A stretch of DNA of 63,621 nt from Ginglymostoma cirratum (taxonomy: Eukaryota). Each line of letters starts with the position of its first letter. The first letter of the stretch is position 1. The stretch spans positions 34,731,830 to 34,795,450 of the forward strand of contig JAHRHZ010000111.1 of assembly GCA_024137785.1 (NCBI GenBank). The letters run 5' to 3'. A program made the translations under genes and the position numbers. The notes beneath the pieces are model-generated. The model searched no databases. It worked only from the letters and a program-made list of their open reading frames with translations, and was not told where the DNA came from. Below, one piece after another: positions 13,366-26,690 of this stretch.

Positions 13366-13934
13366 ATATATAAATTACAGTGCTTCACACTTTAGTATGT
13401 AGCCACGATATCTCATTTTCCCCTCTTCCCTTTTCATCTAACTAAGAGCACAGATTCGATTCCTGTAAATGCTGATTAGTCTATGGAGACCGCACATTTA
13501 AGATTTGTGACAGTTACATAGAACAAAATCAATATTTCTCGCCTTATAAAATTGCTTCCTCCAGGTCTACAGGAAATTAGTCTGTCAATATCAATCCCCT
13601 GTGATGTGGTCTCAACCCGAATATATTGATGTTATCTTATGTGAATGAGACAGATCCAGCATACCAAAACTGTGCTATCAGCCACGATCTTGATTTTAAA
13701 CCATAAAGGAGAAATGCAACAACAGGTGTTCCAGACTAAAACAAATTCAAAGGGAGCAAATATAGGAGAAAGAAAAAGCATACTCCAAATCTCATCTGAC
13801 CAATGAGTTGTAGAGGTGTAGCATCACTTCCTTCCTTTGACACTTTGTGCCTCTAATTTTAAACCATGCAGCGCATGGCATCCAATTTCTGACCTACCCC
13901 CTCTCTTTCAATACAACTTGCTGCTTGGAGCATG

Positions 13935-14300
13935 TTTTTTTTTAATTCATTCACGGGATGAGGGCATCTCTGGCCAGGCCAGTATTCATTGCTCATCGCT
14001 AATTGCCCAGAAGACAGTTAAGAATCAACCACATTGCTGTGCGTCTGGAGTCACTTGTAGGCCAGACCATGCAAGGATGGCAGTTTCCTTCCCTAAAGGA
14101 CATTAATGAGCCAGACGTTTTTTTTTTTCACAATTGACAACGAATTCATGGCCACCATTAAACTCTTAATCCCAGACTTATTTTTGATTGAAGTCAAATT
14201 GCACCATCTGCCATGGCAGGATTCAAACCCGGGTTCCTGGAACATTACCTGAGTCTCTGGAGTAACAGTCCAGTGATAATATTACTTGGCCATTGCCTCC
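13935..14300 (-). mobile_element. tRNA-headed SINE sharing both its 5' ~290 nt and its 3' tail with the LINE at 10151-13365
   Basis: Reverse complement has A-box-like tggccaagtaa and B-box-like gggtttgaatcc; ends gggcaattagcgatgagcaatgaatactggcc...gaattaaaa. Confidence 0.85.
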
Positions 14301-14544
14301 ATCTCTGTTCTGTACTTACCCAATTCAATTGAGAAGACAATCTCCCATCTCATGGGAACATCAGTTTTATATGTCGTTTTTAACATGTGGAAAGAGACAC
14401 AAATGTGATCCATGTTGAATAAGATAATTGTTCTAAAAGGGTTAATGTTAAAGACTGCATTTAACTCCAAACAAACTGATTATGTCATATAAATCTGGGT
14501 GAGGAGAAAAGAAACAATATTTGTGGATCTTTAAAGTGATAGAG

Positions 14545-15930
14545 AACAGAATCATGGAATTTTACAGGTTTAGAGGAAGGCCATTTGGCCCATCGTGTTT
14601 ATACTGGCTCCCGAAAGAGCTACCCAGCTAGTCCAGTTCTTTGGCTCTATCTCTGTAGATCCCTAACTTCATCATTTTCAAATATGTATCTAGTTCTCTT
14701 TTGAAATCACCTATGGAATCCAGCTCCACTACTCCCCAACTCGGCTCATTCCAAATCCTCACAACTCTCTGAGTAAAATCATTTCTCCTCATCTAACTCC
14801 TAACTTTCTTGCTGACAATCTTGAAATCGTAATCAATAATCATTGACATGCCAAATGTAAGAAACAGAATATCCTTCCTTACCCTGTCAAAATTGTTGAT
14901 AATTTTGAACACTCCAATGAGATAATCTCTTAATTTTCGCTGCTCCAAGAAAGATAGTCCAATTTCTCTAATCTTTCCTTGTATCTAAAATCCCTCAGTC
15001 CTGGTTCATTCTGGTAAATCTCCCTTGCGCTCTCTCCAGGGCTTTAAAATCCTTCCTTAAACAAAAGGCCCAGAACTGAACACAATACTCCAAATCTAGT
15101 CTGACCAATGAGCTGTAGAGGTGCAGGATCACCTCCTTGCTTTGGTACTCTATGCCTCTACTTATAAACCCAGCCCGAAACGTCAAGTTTTCCTGCTCCT
15201 ATGATGCTGCTTGACCTGCTGTGTTCATCCAGCCCCATGCTTGTTATCTCAGATCCTACAAGCCTTCTCAATGACTTTTACAACTTGCCCTGCCAACTTT
15301 AGGTAATTATGCACATGAATCCCAATCACCCCCTGCTCCTGTAGAATCCTCAAAGTTGTACTATTGAGCCTGTATTGGCTCTCCATGTTTCTTCTAACAA
15401 AATACCGCACATTTCTCTGCTTTGAAATTCATCTGTCAGATGTCGGCCCATTTGGCCAACTTGCCAACATTCCTCTGAAGTCACTCAATAATATCCTTGC
15501 AATTAACAATTCTCCCTAGCTTAGTATCACCTGAATATTTAGAGATCTTGTCCAGAACACCAATCTCCAAAATGTTTATATAAATCAGAAAAGGCAAGGA
15601 TCCCAACACCGATCCCTGGGGAATGCCACTTTTAACTCATCTCCAATTTCCTAACCAATCTGCCATGTTGAAATGCTTTCTGAGAGTCCACATATACATC
15701 ATCCACTGCACTACCCTCATCCACCTGCCTGTGTCACTTCGTCAAAGAACTCAATTAAATTTGTCAGACATGACCTGCATTTGACAATGCCATGTTTACT
15801 GTCTACTATTAACTTACCTTTTCTCTAAGCATATATTTAGCTTATCCCACATTAAGACCTCCATCAGTTTTCTCACTTTGATGCCAAGATGACAGCTCTA
15901 TGGTTTCCTGAGTTATGCTTTGCCCTGTGT
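14545..15930 (-). mobile_element. CR1 LINE 3' 1.4 kb (RT to tail), decayed; PLE fragment inserted at 15173-15250
   Basis: ORF 14995..15186 (GFISRGIEYQSKEVILHLYSSLVRLDLEYCVQFW); GIPQGSVLG motif near 15600-15630. Confidence 0.85.
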
Positions 15931-16559
15931 ACCATCTGTGTTTTTCATTGTTCTGAGAGCAATGTTCAATAAGCTAATACAGTTGGACTTAATTGCTATT
16001 ATGTAACTGACTATATTTTGTTAAGACTCTTGTTAAGACTCACTGGTGGTTTGTTCACTTCCCTAAGACCCAGTCAAGGGAAGAGGAATAATGACAGTGC
16101 AAACATAAACAAACGCTACAGCATAGGGCCTGAAACACAGATCTGTAGGGCTGTTGGAGGTGACACTATGTTGCTGCTGTTAGATGCTTCAGTGTGGGCA
16201 GCGTAGCATGCCAGATTGTGAGGGCACACAGGGTGCTGTTGGTTGTGATTGATGGAACCAACATGACTCATGCTATTACAACATCTCACACCTCTAATTG
16301 TTGATAAATTATGTGTTTTTCAAATTTAGACTTTGCTTCTGACCGATGTACATGTTCCTTACCAAAAATGAATGAATGAATGAAGAATCAATCATTCATT
16401 TATAAGTGGGGACTAACACAAGTGCTGCTTAAAGGTTTAGTCACACAAGCTGCAAATGAGGTTATGTTGAAGAACATTTGTCACTACAAATCACCTAAAA
16501 GTGATGCAAGAGTGTTTCAGCCGGAATTATGAGATTCAGGATTTGGTAATGAGTCTTGC

Positions 16560-16725
16560 TACAACCTTCGTCAGATACTTTAGAGACTTTTAAGTGACTC
16601 TTGGACAGGCACATAGAGGCTGGTAAAATGTAGGGTATGCAGTGTAGTTTGATCTTAGTAGGATCATAGGTCAGCACAACATCATGGGCCTGTACTGTGC
16701 TGTACAGTTCTATCTTCTATGTTCT
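16560..16725 (+). mobile_element. CR1 3' tail
   Basis: ttggacaggcacat...gcctgtactgtgctgtacagttctatcttctatgttct. Confidence 0.6.
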
Positions 16726-17204
16726 TACAGGAGGCAGAGAATGAGATGACTTGTCCAAAGGTTGCAATCAATACAAAGGGCACAGAGGCCATAGGCCTAC
16801 AGAATACAGGGAGTTAGAACAATTCCCTATAAATATAGAAATCCAACTCTCGTGAGTGAATTAATGATAACAATGCAGGAACAGGTCCGAGAAAATTGAA
16901 AGCCATACCCTCTGCTTTAATCATTAAGTCTGATACTCTATTTCACAGTTTCACAACTACCCAACCACAAAAATGTCATCCTTACTGCATGATCTATGAA
17001 TCAACTTGGAAATATAATCACTGTTGACTCACTGATGGGGTACATTGGGATGGGGTAATAAATGCTGGCCTACCCAGTGATACCCACATCCCCTGAATAA
17101 ATTTAAAAAATTATAAAATGGATTGTGCCATGCCTTAGTTTTTCAGCACCTTATAATGCCTTTAAAGAGAAGATAGCTCAGTTACACATTGAGCTACAAT
17201 GCCA

Positions 17205-19650
17205 CATACTATACACTTCCAAATATTCAGAAATCCCATCCTTTACAATGGACTCCAAACTCCAAAAACTCACGACTGAGGTTAGGCTAATCAGCCTGTA
17301 ATTTTCCATCTTTTGCCTTACTCCCATTTTAAACAGGGGTGTCACATTAGCAATTTTCCAGTTGTCTGGGACCTTCCCTGACTCTAATGATTCCTGAAAG
17401 ATCACCACTAAAGCTTTCACTATCTCATCAGGTATCTTCTTTAGAACTCTGGGGTGTAGTCTGTGGTCCTGGTGATTTGTCCACCTTCAGGCCAATCGGC
17501 TTTACTAGCACCTTTTCCTTGGTGACGGCCACCATACTCGGCTCTGCCCCCGATTCTCTTGAATTTTAGGGAGATTACTTGTGTCTTCCACCATGAAGTC
17601 TGACACAAAATAATTATTCAGTTCCTCAGCCATTTCCTTGTTCCCCACTACTATCTCTCCACCATCATTTTCCAATGGTCCAATGTCCACTTTTGCCTCT
17701 CTTTTGCCCTCTATATACCTAAAGAAACTCTTACAGTCTGCATTTATATTACTGACTAGCTTATTCTCATATTTAATCGTCTCCCCCTTTATTTTTTTTT
17801 GTCCCTCCTTATTTCTTTTTTAGTTGCCTTCTGCTGGTCTTTGTAAGCTTCCCAGTCCTCTGGTTTCCCACTGCCCTTCACTACATTATATGCTTTCTCT
17901 TTTGCTTTTATGCTATTCCTAACTTCCTTAGTCAGCCATGGTTGTCACATCCTCCCTGTACCATGCTGCCTTTTCCTAGGGATGAATTTTTGCTGTGTCT
18001 CCTGAATTACTCCCAGAAACTCCTGCCATTGCTGTTCCACTGTCTTTCCTGCGAGGCTCCTCTTCCAGTCAATTCTGCCCAGCTCCTCCTTCATACCTCT
18101 GATGTCACCTTTATTCAGCTGTAATACCGTTACCTCTGATTCTATCTTCTCCCTTTCAAATTGCAGAGTAAATTCTATCATCTTATGATCACTGCCTCCT
18201 AAGGGTTCCTTTACGTTATGCCCCCTTACCAAGTCTGTCTCATTGCACAACACTAAATCCAGTATTGCCTGTTCCCTAGTGGGCTCCACCATGAGCTGCT
18301 CCAGAAAGCCATCTTGTAGACATTCTACAAACTCCTTTTCTTGCAATCCACTCCCAACCTGATTTTCCCAGTCCACCTGCATATTGAAATCCCCCATGAT
18401 CACTGTGACTTTGTCTTTCTTACACACCTCTTCTATCTCCTAGTGTATCCTGTGCCCCAGCTCCTTACTACTGTTTGGAGGCCTGTACACAGCCCCAACT
18501 GTATTTTTTTTTACCTTTGCAGTTCATCAATTCAACCCACACAGATTCTACACCATCTGACCCTATTTCATTTCTCGCTAATAAGGCAACCCCATCCCCT
18601 CGGCCCACCTGCCTACCTTTTCGATAGGGTGTATATCGTTGGATATTCAGTTCCCAACCCTGATTCCCTTGCAGCCATGTCTCCGTAATTTCTACCACGT
18701 CATACCTGCCAGTTTCGATCTGCACCACAAGCTCATTTGCCTTATTCCTTGTACTGCATGCATCAAGATATAACACTTTCAGTCCTGTATTAACCCTCCC
18801 TCTTCTCATTTTCATTTGTTTTTCCAGTGTTTGATTGCTAGCCCTTTCCAAACACTCTGTCCTATTTGTGTCTATGCTGGAGACTTTAACAACCTCTCCT
18901 GAATTTTCCTTCCCTGTCATTTCTTTCATACTTTTCAACTTAGTTGAATCCACTGCTACAGATGTTAACCTGCTGTTTTGCCCTCTGGGGCAAGTTTCAC
19001 CATTCCCTCGTACTTGTTGGACAAGGTCAAGAGCTGAGGCTCCTCTGTTCCTGACTTCAGGATCCCTCTACCTGCCTTGCTTACAGTCACCCCTTGCTAT
19101 CCCTGGCCACTGACCAAATTTGAAGTACCTTAATTTACCAGGTGTGACTGCCTCCTGAAACAAATCGTCCAGGTACTTCTCCCTCTCCCAGATGTGCCAC
19201 AGTGTTTGAAGCTCTGATTCCAGCTCATCAACTCTGAGCCGAAGTTCCTCGAGCAACCAACACTTGTTGCAGATGTGGTCACTGCAGTTCGCAATGGGAT
19301 CAGCCATCTCCCACATCATACAGCTACAACACATCACCTGTCCAACCATTTCTACTTAGTTAATTACTTTAATAATTTATATAATTTATCATAATTAGTT
19401 AATTAAATTTGTGGATACTTTCCTCCCTCCGACAGCTTCCCTCTACTCTAGATTGCCAAAAGAATTAAAAAAAAATTTTAAAAATTTACCTTACCAACTC
19501 TCCACACAGTCTTTGTTTTGGTTATAGGAGGAGGATGGGTGGGAGACACTACACGTGTAGTGTTTCAGGTTTAGACAATGCCCGAATATATTAGTTCACT
19601 TCCCGGCTCGCGCTCTCACCACTCCCGCTGCTCGAATCAAGTAGGCTGCC
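17205..19650 (-). mobile_element. CR1 LINE 5' half: 5'UTR, ORF1 remnant, APE endonuclease and start of RT; 3'-truncated
   Basis: ORF1 CxxC..CxxC zinc finger/leucine zipper (19068..19349); APE motifs LKVLYLDA..ITETWL, MGDFN, LDLVL, GSDH (18468..18953, 17945..18427); WKIANVTPLFK..NYRLISLTSVV (17178..17420). Confidence 0.9.
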
Positions 19651-19677
19651 AACTCACTGTGAAATAAAGCACTTTAT

Positions 19678-19812
19678 TTCAGTTCTGAAGAAAGGTCACT
19701 ACACCCGAAGCATTAACTGAACTTTGTCTTCACAGATGCTGCCAGACCTGCAGAGTATTTCCAGCAATTTCTGATTTTGTTTCTAATTTCCAGAATCTTT
19801 GGTTTTTTTTTG
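19678..19812 (+). mobile_element. Solo PLE terminal repeat starting at a hammerhead motif
   Basis: UUCAGUU CUGAAGA...GAAG CAUU AACUGAA (7-bp helix I, core decayed); TSD taaag(c/t)acttt at 19665-19675 and 19813-19823. Confidence 0.75.
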
Positions 19813-20025
19813 TAAAGTACTTTGTTCACTGTAAAGTACAGTGGGATATTCTGAGCTTGTGATGGGCACTATTTAAATTCAAGTTGTTTGCTTTTTTTTA
19901 ATGTGTACTTTTCATCTTTCCAATAGTCTGATCTGGATCACAGAGGTGGACTGTAATTTGTCCTTGATAACAAGCATGGGGCTGGATGAACACAGCAGGT
20001 CAAGCAGCATCATTGGAGCAGGAAA

Positions 20026-20061
20026 ACTTGACGTTTCGGGCCTAAACCCTTCATCAGAAAT
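20026..20061 (-). ncRNA. Minimal type-I hammerhead ribozyme, intact core
   Basis: Reverse complement reads AUUU CUGAUGA A GGG UUUAGG CCC GAAA CGUC AAGU. Confidence 0.8.
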
Positions 20062-20625
20062 GGGGGAGGGGAAGAGGGTTCTGAAATAAATAGGGAGAGA
20101 GGGGGAGGTGGATAGAGGATGGATAGAGGAGAGGATAGGTGGAGAGGGGGCAGACAAGTCGAAGAGGCGGGGATGGAGCCAGTAAAGGTGAGTGTAGGTA
20201 GGGGGGTAGGGAGGAGATAGGTCAGTCCAGGGAGGACGGACAGGTCAAGGGGGCGGGATGATGTTAGTAGATAGGAGATGGGGGTGTGGCTTGGGGTGAT
20301 CTCTGATACAATTTTAACCCCACTGCGAAGCCTCTTCTAAGTTCATCCAGCCCCATGCTTGTTATCTCGGATTCTCCAGCATCTGCAGTACCTTTTATCT
20401 CTGATACAATTTTAACCCCACTGCGAAGCCTCTTCTAAGGATGCCTACCATCCTCCCTGGACTGACCTATCTCCTCCCTACCCCCCTACCTACACTCACC
20501 TTTACTGGCTCCATCCCCGCCTCTTCGACTTGTCTGCCTCCGCTCCACCTATCCTCTCCTCTATCCATCCTCTATCCGCCTCCCCCTCTCTCCCTATTTA
20601 TTTCAGAACCCTCTTCCCCTCCCCC

Positions 20626-20661
20626 ATTTCTGATGAAGGGTTTAGGCCCGAAACGTCAAGT
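20626..20661 (+). ncRNA. Minimal type-I hammerhead ribozyme, intact core
   Basis: AUUU CUGAUGA A GGG UUUAGG CCC GAAA CGUC AAGU; predicted cleavage after C20657 (GUC). Confidence 0.8.
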
Positions 20662-21399
20662 TTTCCTGCTCCTATGATGCTGCTTGACCTGCTGTGTTCA
20701 TCCAGCCCCATGCTTGTTATCTCGGATTCTCCAGCATCTGCAGTACCTTTTATCTCTGATGTAATTTGTCCTTCCTCTGTGGGGAAATGTCGATATATCT
20801 TGACTTAAAGCAAATAATAACCCCATTTTTGTCCAGTGCTCACTGATGCTGATTTCCAGGTAAACACGTTGTGGTCTCAATTTCCTAAGTGTTTCAGTTC
20901 TTAGGGGAGCAGCTCAAATTTTTAGCAGTTGACTGGAATAGATGTGGTGTTAGGCCGCTTGTAATAGTTATTGCTTTCCAAACTGCATCCATTATGTTTC
21001 CTTTGGCTTCACTTTTATTAAAATCCAGACTGCCAAAACTAAATTTCAGTTGGAATCTGATGTAATTCAGGATTCTGACATGAAACTCACCATGAACTTG
21101 GTCTTTATGTTCCATGTAACCCATCCACTCTTATCTGTGATCATTACGTATGTCACCTAATACCTCAAGAGGAAGTGACTAGCTAAACAACAGCATGATT
21201 CATGCAATACAGATGAGCAACTTGGGGAAAGCACGTGTGAATTGCATGGTGAAGTAGTATAAAATAGAAAAATTAAAGAAGGGACAAAAAGCTTTTTGCA
21301 TGTTAAGTATCAGCACCTTTGGCAGCACAGGGCAAAACTAAATGTGGCAGGATAACAGGTGCTGAGTGACGCCATTCCACATTTTCTAATTTTCTTTTG

Positions 21400-22450
21400 A
21401 ATAAGGCATGGGTATCCTCATATCCTCTACATCAGTCAGAGCATTGCGCGATGGTATCATGAGCAGTAATCCCCATTACCCAGCTTTGTAAGCCCAAACA
21501 CACCAGTTACACAAGAATTCTCCATGATATAGGACTCCTAGCAACTGCCTGGCCATACACCTCTGGCGATCGCAGATGGCCTGCACGTTAACGGAATGGA
21601 GCCTCCTTCCTGTTGCTGAGTTCCACAGCACTGTAATCCCAGCCATCTTCAGTGCCCTGAACCTGAAGGAATGAGCTACATTCCTGGATGCTACAGCCTG
21701 GGGTACAGTGCTGACCGCATCATGGGGGAATCAAAATAAGCTGGTGTGATCGTCCAGTAAAAGCATCGATCACTCTCTTTATACTTGTGGGGTCCACGAC
21801 TGACAGATCCCACACAGGTCACCCATCACCCCCCCCGGAAGAAGCCAGTCATATCGATGTTCAGTGCAGCAGTCACCTTCACTACCCCTGCGAGAAGATG
21901 GACTCCCATTCCTGCAATTCCTCGCATCCAGCACAGTTTCATCACACTGTCACAGGATCTAATGAGTCTGTGCTGACACTAGGCCTCAATCAACCCCATG
22001 AAATGGAGTCAGGGCTTTAAAACCAATCCTCCTGCAGATGCCACACACCTGGGGGGCCCAGCCGCTGTGACCTCTCCCTGAGCTGAATGCCCCTCATCCT
22101 GTGCACTCACCTACTCCTGGGCTTGCTGTTAGCCCAGGTCCTCCAACACCCACCTTCTTAGGATGGCAGCCACAGTGCCCGGTATCCCACCAGCGACTGG
22201 GCGCAGGACTCTCGGTTGAAGTGAATGATGGTGGGAATGCAGGGCGCAAAAGATGTTCTTGGGTCTCAGATAAGTCCTTGGTGGCATACACTTATGGCTG
22301 AGAGCTGCACACACTCCTCCACATAGTGAGACATGCTGCACCCCAATAACACATCTCCATCATTCATTCAGCCCCAGCCTGAGCATGTGCAGCAATTTGG
22401 TGAAGGTGCCGTGCCAGCGGTGTGACCAACACATTCCATCAAAAGGGAGT
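21400..22450 (-). mobile_element. PIF/Harbinger transposase remnant (HARBI1-like DDE)
   Basis: Minus-strand frameshifted NRK/x/LHSVNVQAICDRQR at about 21560-21615 matches the Harbinger NRKGxHSxNVQxxCD motif; LSETQEHLLR-like N-terminal segment near 22240-22290. Confidence 0.65.
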
Positions 22451-24347
22451 ACCTTTTATACTCTGACCCCCTTCCCCTCACAGTCCCTCATCAATCAGTC
22501 AACATTTCATTGCATTCAGTACAGACCATTGCCAAACACGAATGTCAAATGGTGATGATGATGATGAGGTCTGCACCTTCTGCACTGCCCTTGAAAGTTG
22601 CACTATAATGATTCACCTTTGGCCAGCATTTGGCCTTTTTTTTAGATTATCCTTTCTAAGATCAGCATGATTGAGATGTCAAGGTTCAATTTTGAAAGAT
22701 TAATGGCATGTTCCAAATCTTGTTCGATCAGCAGGAAATCCTTAAGCACATTCGCTTTGCATGCGTATCAATGAAATTATTGCAAGTTAAATATAGCTGA
22801 CAGTTGCAAGCCCCTGCTTCGTATATTTGCCCCTTTATTGTCCTAGCATCCTACGGATGTGAATCCCACGCTTCTCCTCATCAAACTGACACTGACTCTG
22901 CCCACCCTGCACACTGTCCCAGACATTTTACACTTGCAGTTCACCTCTACAGAATGGCAGTGAAGACATGGAATGCAGCTTAACAGTGGGAACCATCAAC
23001 ACCGGGCTCCATTGGGTTACCACATTCCCTCCCCCACCCCACAGATTGTCCATGCCCCTTTCACCTTCTACAATCCTGACAGCCCATTTCTACCCAGCCT
23101 TCTCATGCAGAGAGCTTTTCAACCAAACTTTGTCTCTAACAGCCCTAAGCCTCACATTGCACTTTAATGATGGCTACACTGCTCTCTAATTCAGAGCCTA
23201 TGGTGAGGTTTGTGGCAGAATTGGACAAAAGGTCCAGCAAATCCATTCTCATTGCTACGAGCGTCTTGCTGTATCTTTTATCCATTCGGCAAACAACAAG
23301 ACAAGACTCTTACTAGGCAGCGACAATTGCCAGTTAAGGGGGAATGTAACTTGTTCAATGCCATTTCAATGCCTCCACTCACCTCATACATATTCAGCTT
23401 CCTATTGTGCTAAACACAGAGAAATCTCAACATGGAAGAGTGGGGTATATGGTAGTTTCAGCTCACCCCTGATTGTGTTGAGCCTTCACATTGCTCAGCA
23501 CCAACAGCGTCTCAGGGTGTGATCCAGGAGCACCAGCATCTGACATTTCACAAACTCTTAACGCCATCATGACCCCTCTCCGATCCACTGCCAGGCCACT
23601 TAAGAAGCGTAGGCTTGTATTGCCAGGAGTGCCAGCAGCTAACATTGAAAGGTTGCCACTAGGATGCTCGGGAACAGGCACCTGATAGATTGGATCAGAC
23701 TACATTACTGGGCTGCTTGCTTCTTATGGTAATACTCGCTCAGGGGTGGGAGATTGGGGTGGATTGTGGGGGTGGGGTGTGGGAGGGAGATGTTTTCCAT
23801 CTGAGGATCCTGGTGCTTCAGTCATATACACTCAGTCCAGGGTCTTGGTTTTGATCAGTCATCCTCTTGAACCCACATAAATGCAAAGGCTAATGGGGCA
23901 GTCAGAAATGGGGAATTGTACAGTGATTAGTATGTTCCATAATTCACGAAAATCTCCACACCATTTCCAATACTCAGGTCAAGATTATGATGGAATACAT
24001 TTCACTTGCCTGGATGAAGTTTGACATCAAACATGGAGAAAGCAATGTGATTGTTTGACATCCAAATCAATACTTAAACATTTAACCACCTCTAATCAAT
24101 ACATTATAATTAAAGTATATACCATCTACTGGATGCCTTGTAGCAAGTTCATTGACAGCACCTCCCACAGTCACGATCTCCATACTTAGATGAACAAAAG
24201 CACCAGTGGCATGGGAACACCATTAACTCTAAAATCCCTTCAGAGTCACAGAGTTTTGACCTGAAGGTATGTTGCAGTCCCTTTAACATGCTGAAGTAAT
24301 AACCTCAAAATCCTGCAACTGGCAGCATTCTGGGAATTTTTTTTACC

Positions 24348-24650
24348 ACAGTGGGTCAGAGGTTAGCACTGATGCCTCACAGTGTCAGGGAATCAGGTTT
24401 GGTTCCAGCCTCGGGTGACTGTCTGTGTAGATGTTGCACATTCTCCCCGTGTCTGCACGGCCTTCCTCTGGGTGCTCTGGTTTCCTCCTGCAGCCCAAAG
24501 GTGTGTGGGTTAGGTGGGTTAGCCATGAGAAATGCAGGGTTACAGGGATATGGTAGAGGGGTGTGCCTGGGTAGGATGCTTTTCAGAGGGTCAGCATGGA
24601 ATTGATGGGCTGAATAGCCTGCATCTGCACTGCAGCGATTCTATGATTCA
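24348..24650 (+). mobile_element. HE1-type V-SINE, inserted in a LINE tail remnant (23960-24740)
   Basis: tRNA head ggttagcactg.tgcctcacag; V-domain tgcacattctccccgtgtctgc...ggtttcctcc; CR1-like tail gattctatgattc. Confidence 0.85.
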
Positions 24651-25168
24651 CACAGACAGTGGGGTTTCAGGAGGATGTCTCATCAACTCCCCAAGAGTGA
24701 CCAAGAATCGGAAATAAATTGCCAGTCTTGCCAAAGAATAAATTTTAAGAATATAATGGACAAAGTTATGAGAAATCTTTTTTTTTCTTTAACCAGACTC
24801 TAAGTAGTTTGGAGAGCTTCTCTGGAGGTTTCAAGTGACATTCTCAGTTTAATTTGGTAATCAGTGCCCCACGAGTCTTCTCTGAACTGTCAATGTGACA
24901 GAAAATTAACTTTCCTCTGACACAGACTGAAATCCTTTTTACTTCTATTTGCACTGGGGAGTGCTACTCTGCTGCAAGATTTCAAAAGAAAACAAACGCA
25001 AAACTTGTTTATAAATGCCTCTAACAGTTTTGGAACCAGATAGAAGATGGAGCAGGTCTAAGAACATGAGGAACAATTAGCATCTTATCAGCAAAAGTGC
25101 ATTGGGCCAGACTGCACATTTTTAAAAAATTTCAATCAATGAGCAGTGCAGAAATGAAAAGCATATTC

Positions 25169-25171
<3 letters not shown>

Positions 25172-25200
<29 letters not shown>
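25172..25200. repeat. (AT)n microsatellite
   Basis: Uninterrupted AT run. Confidence 0.95.
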
Positions 25201-25209
<9 letters not shown>

Positions 25210-26334
25210 AATATCTGGTTTGTTTCTACAATTGTCCTTTGATGTTACTGTCTTGCCTGAATATATAATTGTACAATAATTATAATCTATTCCTTACTCT
25301 GTTGATGGTTTGAATTGAAGGGTTCTCCTACACGTTTCCTTTTCCACGAATTGTGCAAACTCTAAGAGGGCAACAAGTGCAGCAACACGCTCTCTGAAGA
25401 ATGGTTTCATGTGTTCTGTTTTTCTGCAGTGCAGTAAAATACAGTGCTGTGGAGATAGCAATGAGATAGGCATATGGAGAAAATGTGCTGTGCTGACTTG
25501 CTATGCACCATTGCACAGGAGAATGTGATGGGAATAACTGACGACTATTTGTCTAAGTGATACTATCAGAATGAGCACAGAATCTATGTTTAATAAATGT
25601 CAAATGATCTATCCTTGATTTACCACAGAGCTTAAAGTCACAAATGAAATTAAACTGAACGTAATTTGTTATCTTATTGCACGAAGAATTCACTTAAAAT
25701 ACTTAATACTATGAAGGCAAGGAGAAGAATGAAGGAAAGGTTGAGGGATGTAATTGCTGCATTTAGACGTGATTGGAAAATAAGCAAGCAGTCTTCTTGC
25801 TTTACTAACTCTGGAACAGCCATTAAACCTCTTACAGGATTGCAGCCACACTTCTAGAGCTCAGCTCTAACACTGGCCTCCTCGGCTACCTCCAGCCACT
25901 TGCAGTGGAGAGAGTTCCTGGAGGAAACTGCCAAAACAGCATCTGAGAATCGAGGTGTTCAAGTCAGCCGCTTTCGGCCGTTCGTTTCAATCTTTGTCTG
26001 CAATTAGAGGGTATTTCTTTTTACGAAATGTTGGCTGCCTTTATGTGGGGTCAAAGACACATGATTTCCTGAAACCTCCGAAACAAGCAGGCAGCCAATT
26101 AGTATTGTAGGTGGTGCTGACCGCAAACAATGACAAATTTCAATGAAGTCCATCATAAGTTTGGGCTGATCCCTGGGGCCACATGAACAGGTTTTAGTAC
26201 ACAACCCATCCGCTCATTTACCCACACCATCTGAACCCACGTTTGGGCATGATCGCGTTTCTAGGCTCTGATAAATCAGCTGTTTCACCCTTGCATGCTA
26301 CACTCACCTTGTGTTATTTGTCAGATTACTTACA

Positions 26335-26690
26335 CAGAAACATTGAAAACAGGAGCAGCAGTAGGCCATTTAGCACTTTGAGCCTGGTCCACCATTCAAT
26401 ATGGTCATGGCTGATCATCTAACTCAGTCACCCATTCCCACTTTCTTCCCATAGCCTTAGATTCCTTTAGCCCTGAAACCTATATCTAACTCCTTGAAAA
26501 CATTCAATGTTTTGACCTCAACCACTTTCTGTGGCAGAGAATTCAATAAGCTCACCACTCTCAGGGTGAAGAAATTTTCCCTCATTTCAGTCTTAAATGG
26601 CCTACCCTGTATCTTAAGACTCTGACCTCTCTTTCTGGACTCCTTGGTCATCAGAAACACCCTCTTGAATGTACCCTTATCTTGTTGTGA
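26335..26690 (-). mobile_element. CR1 3' end
   Basis: ORF 26457..26660 (GRPFKTEMRENFFTLRVVSLLNSLPQKVVE). Confidence 0.8.

Larger units (their letters stand above)
19966..20759. mobile_element. Young PLE-derived insertion: inverted terminal repeats plus a duplicated 43-bp extension
   Basis: Perfect 14-bp TSD TGTAATTTGTCCTT (19952-19965, 20760-20773); 19966-20236 is a near-identical reverse complement of 20451-20721. Confidence 0.9.

Noticed and set aside
24348-24430. tRNA genes at SINE heads (also 10151, 33130-33206, 36773, 50660-50729, 62540)
   Set aside because: Degenerate A/B boxes joined to SINE bodies; no complete cloverleaf
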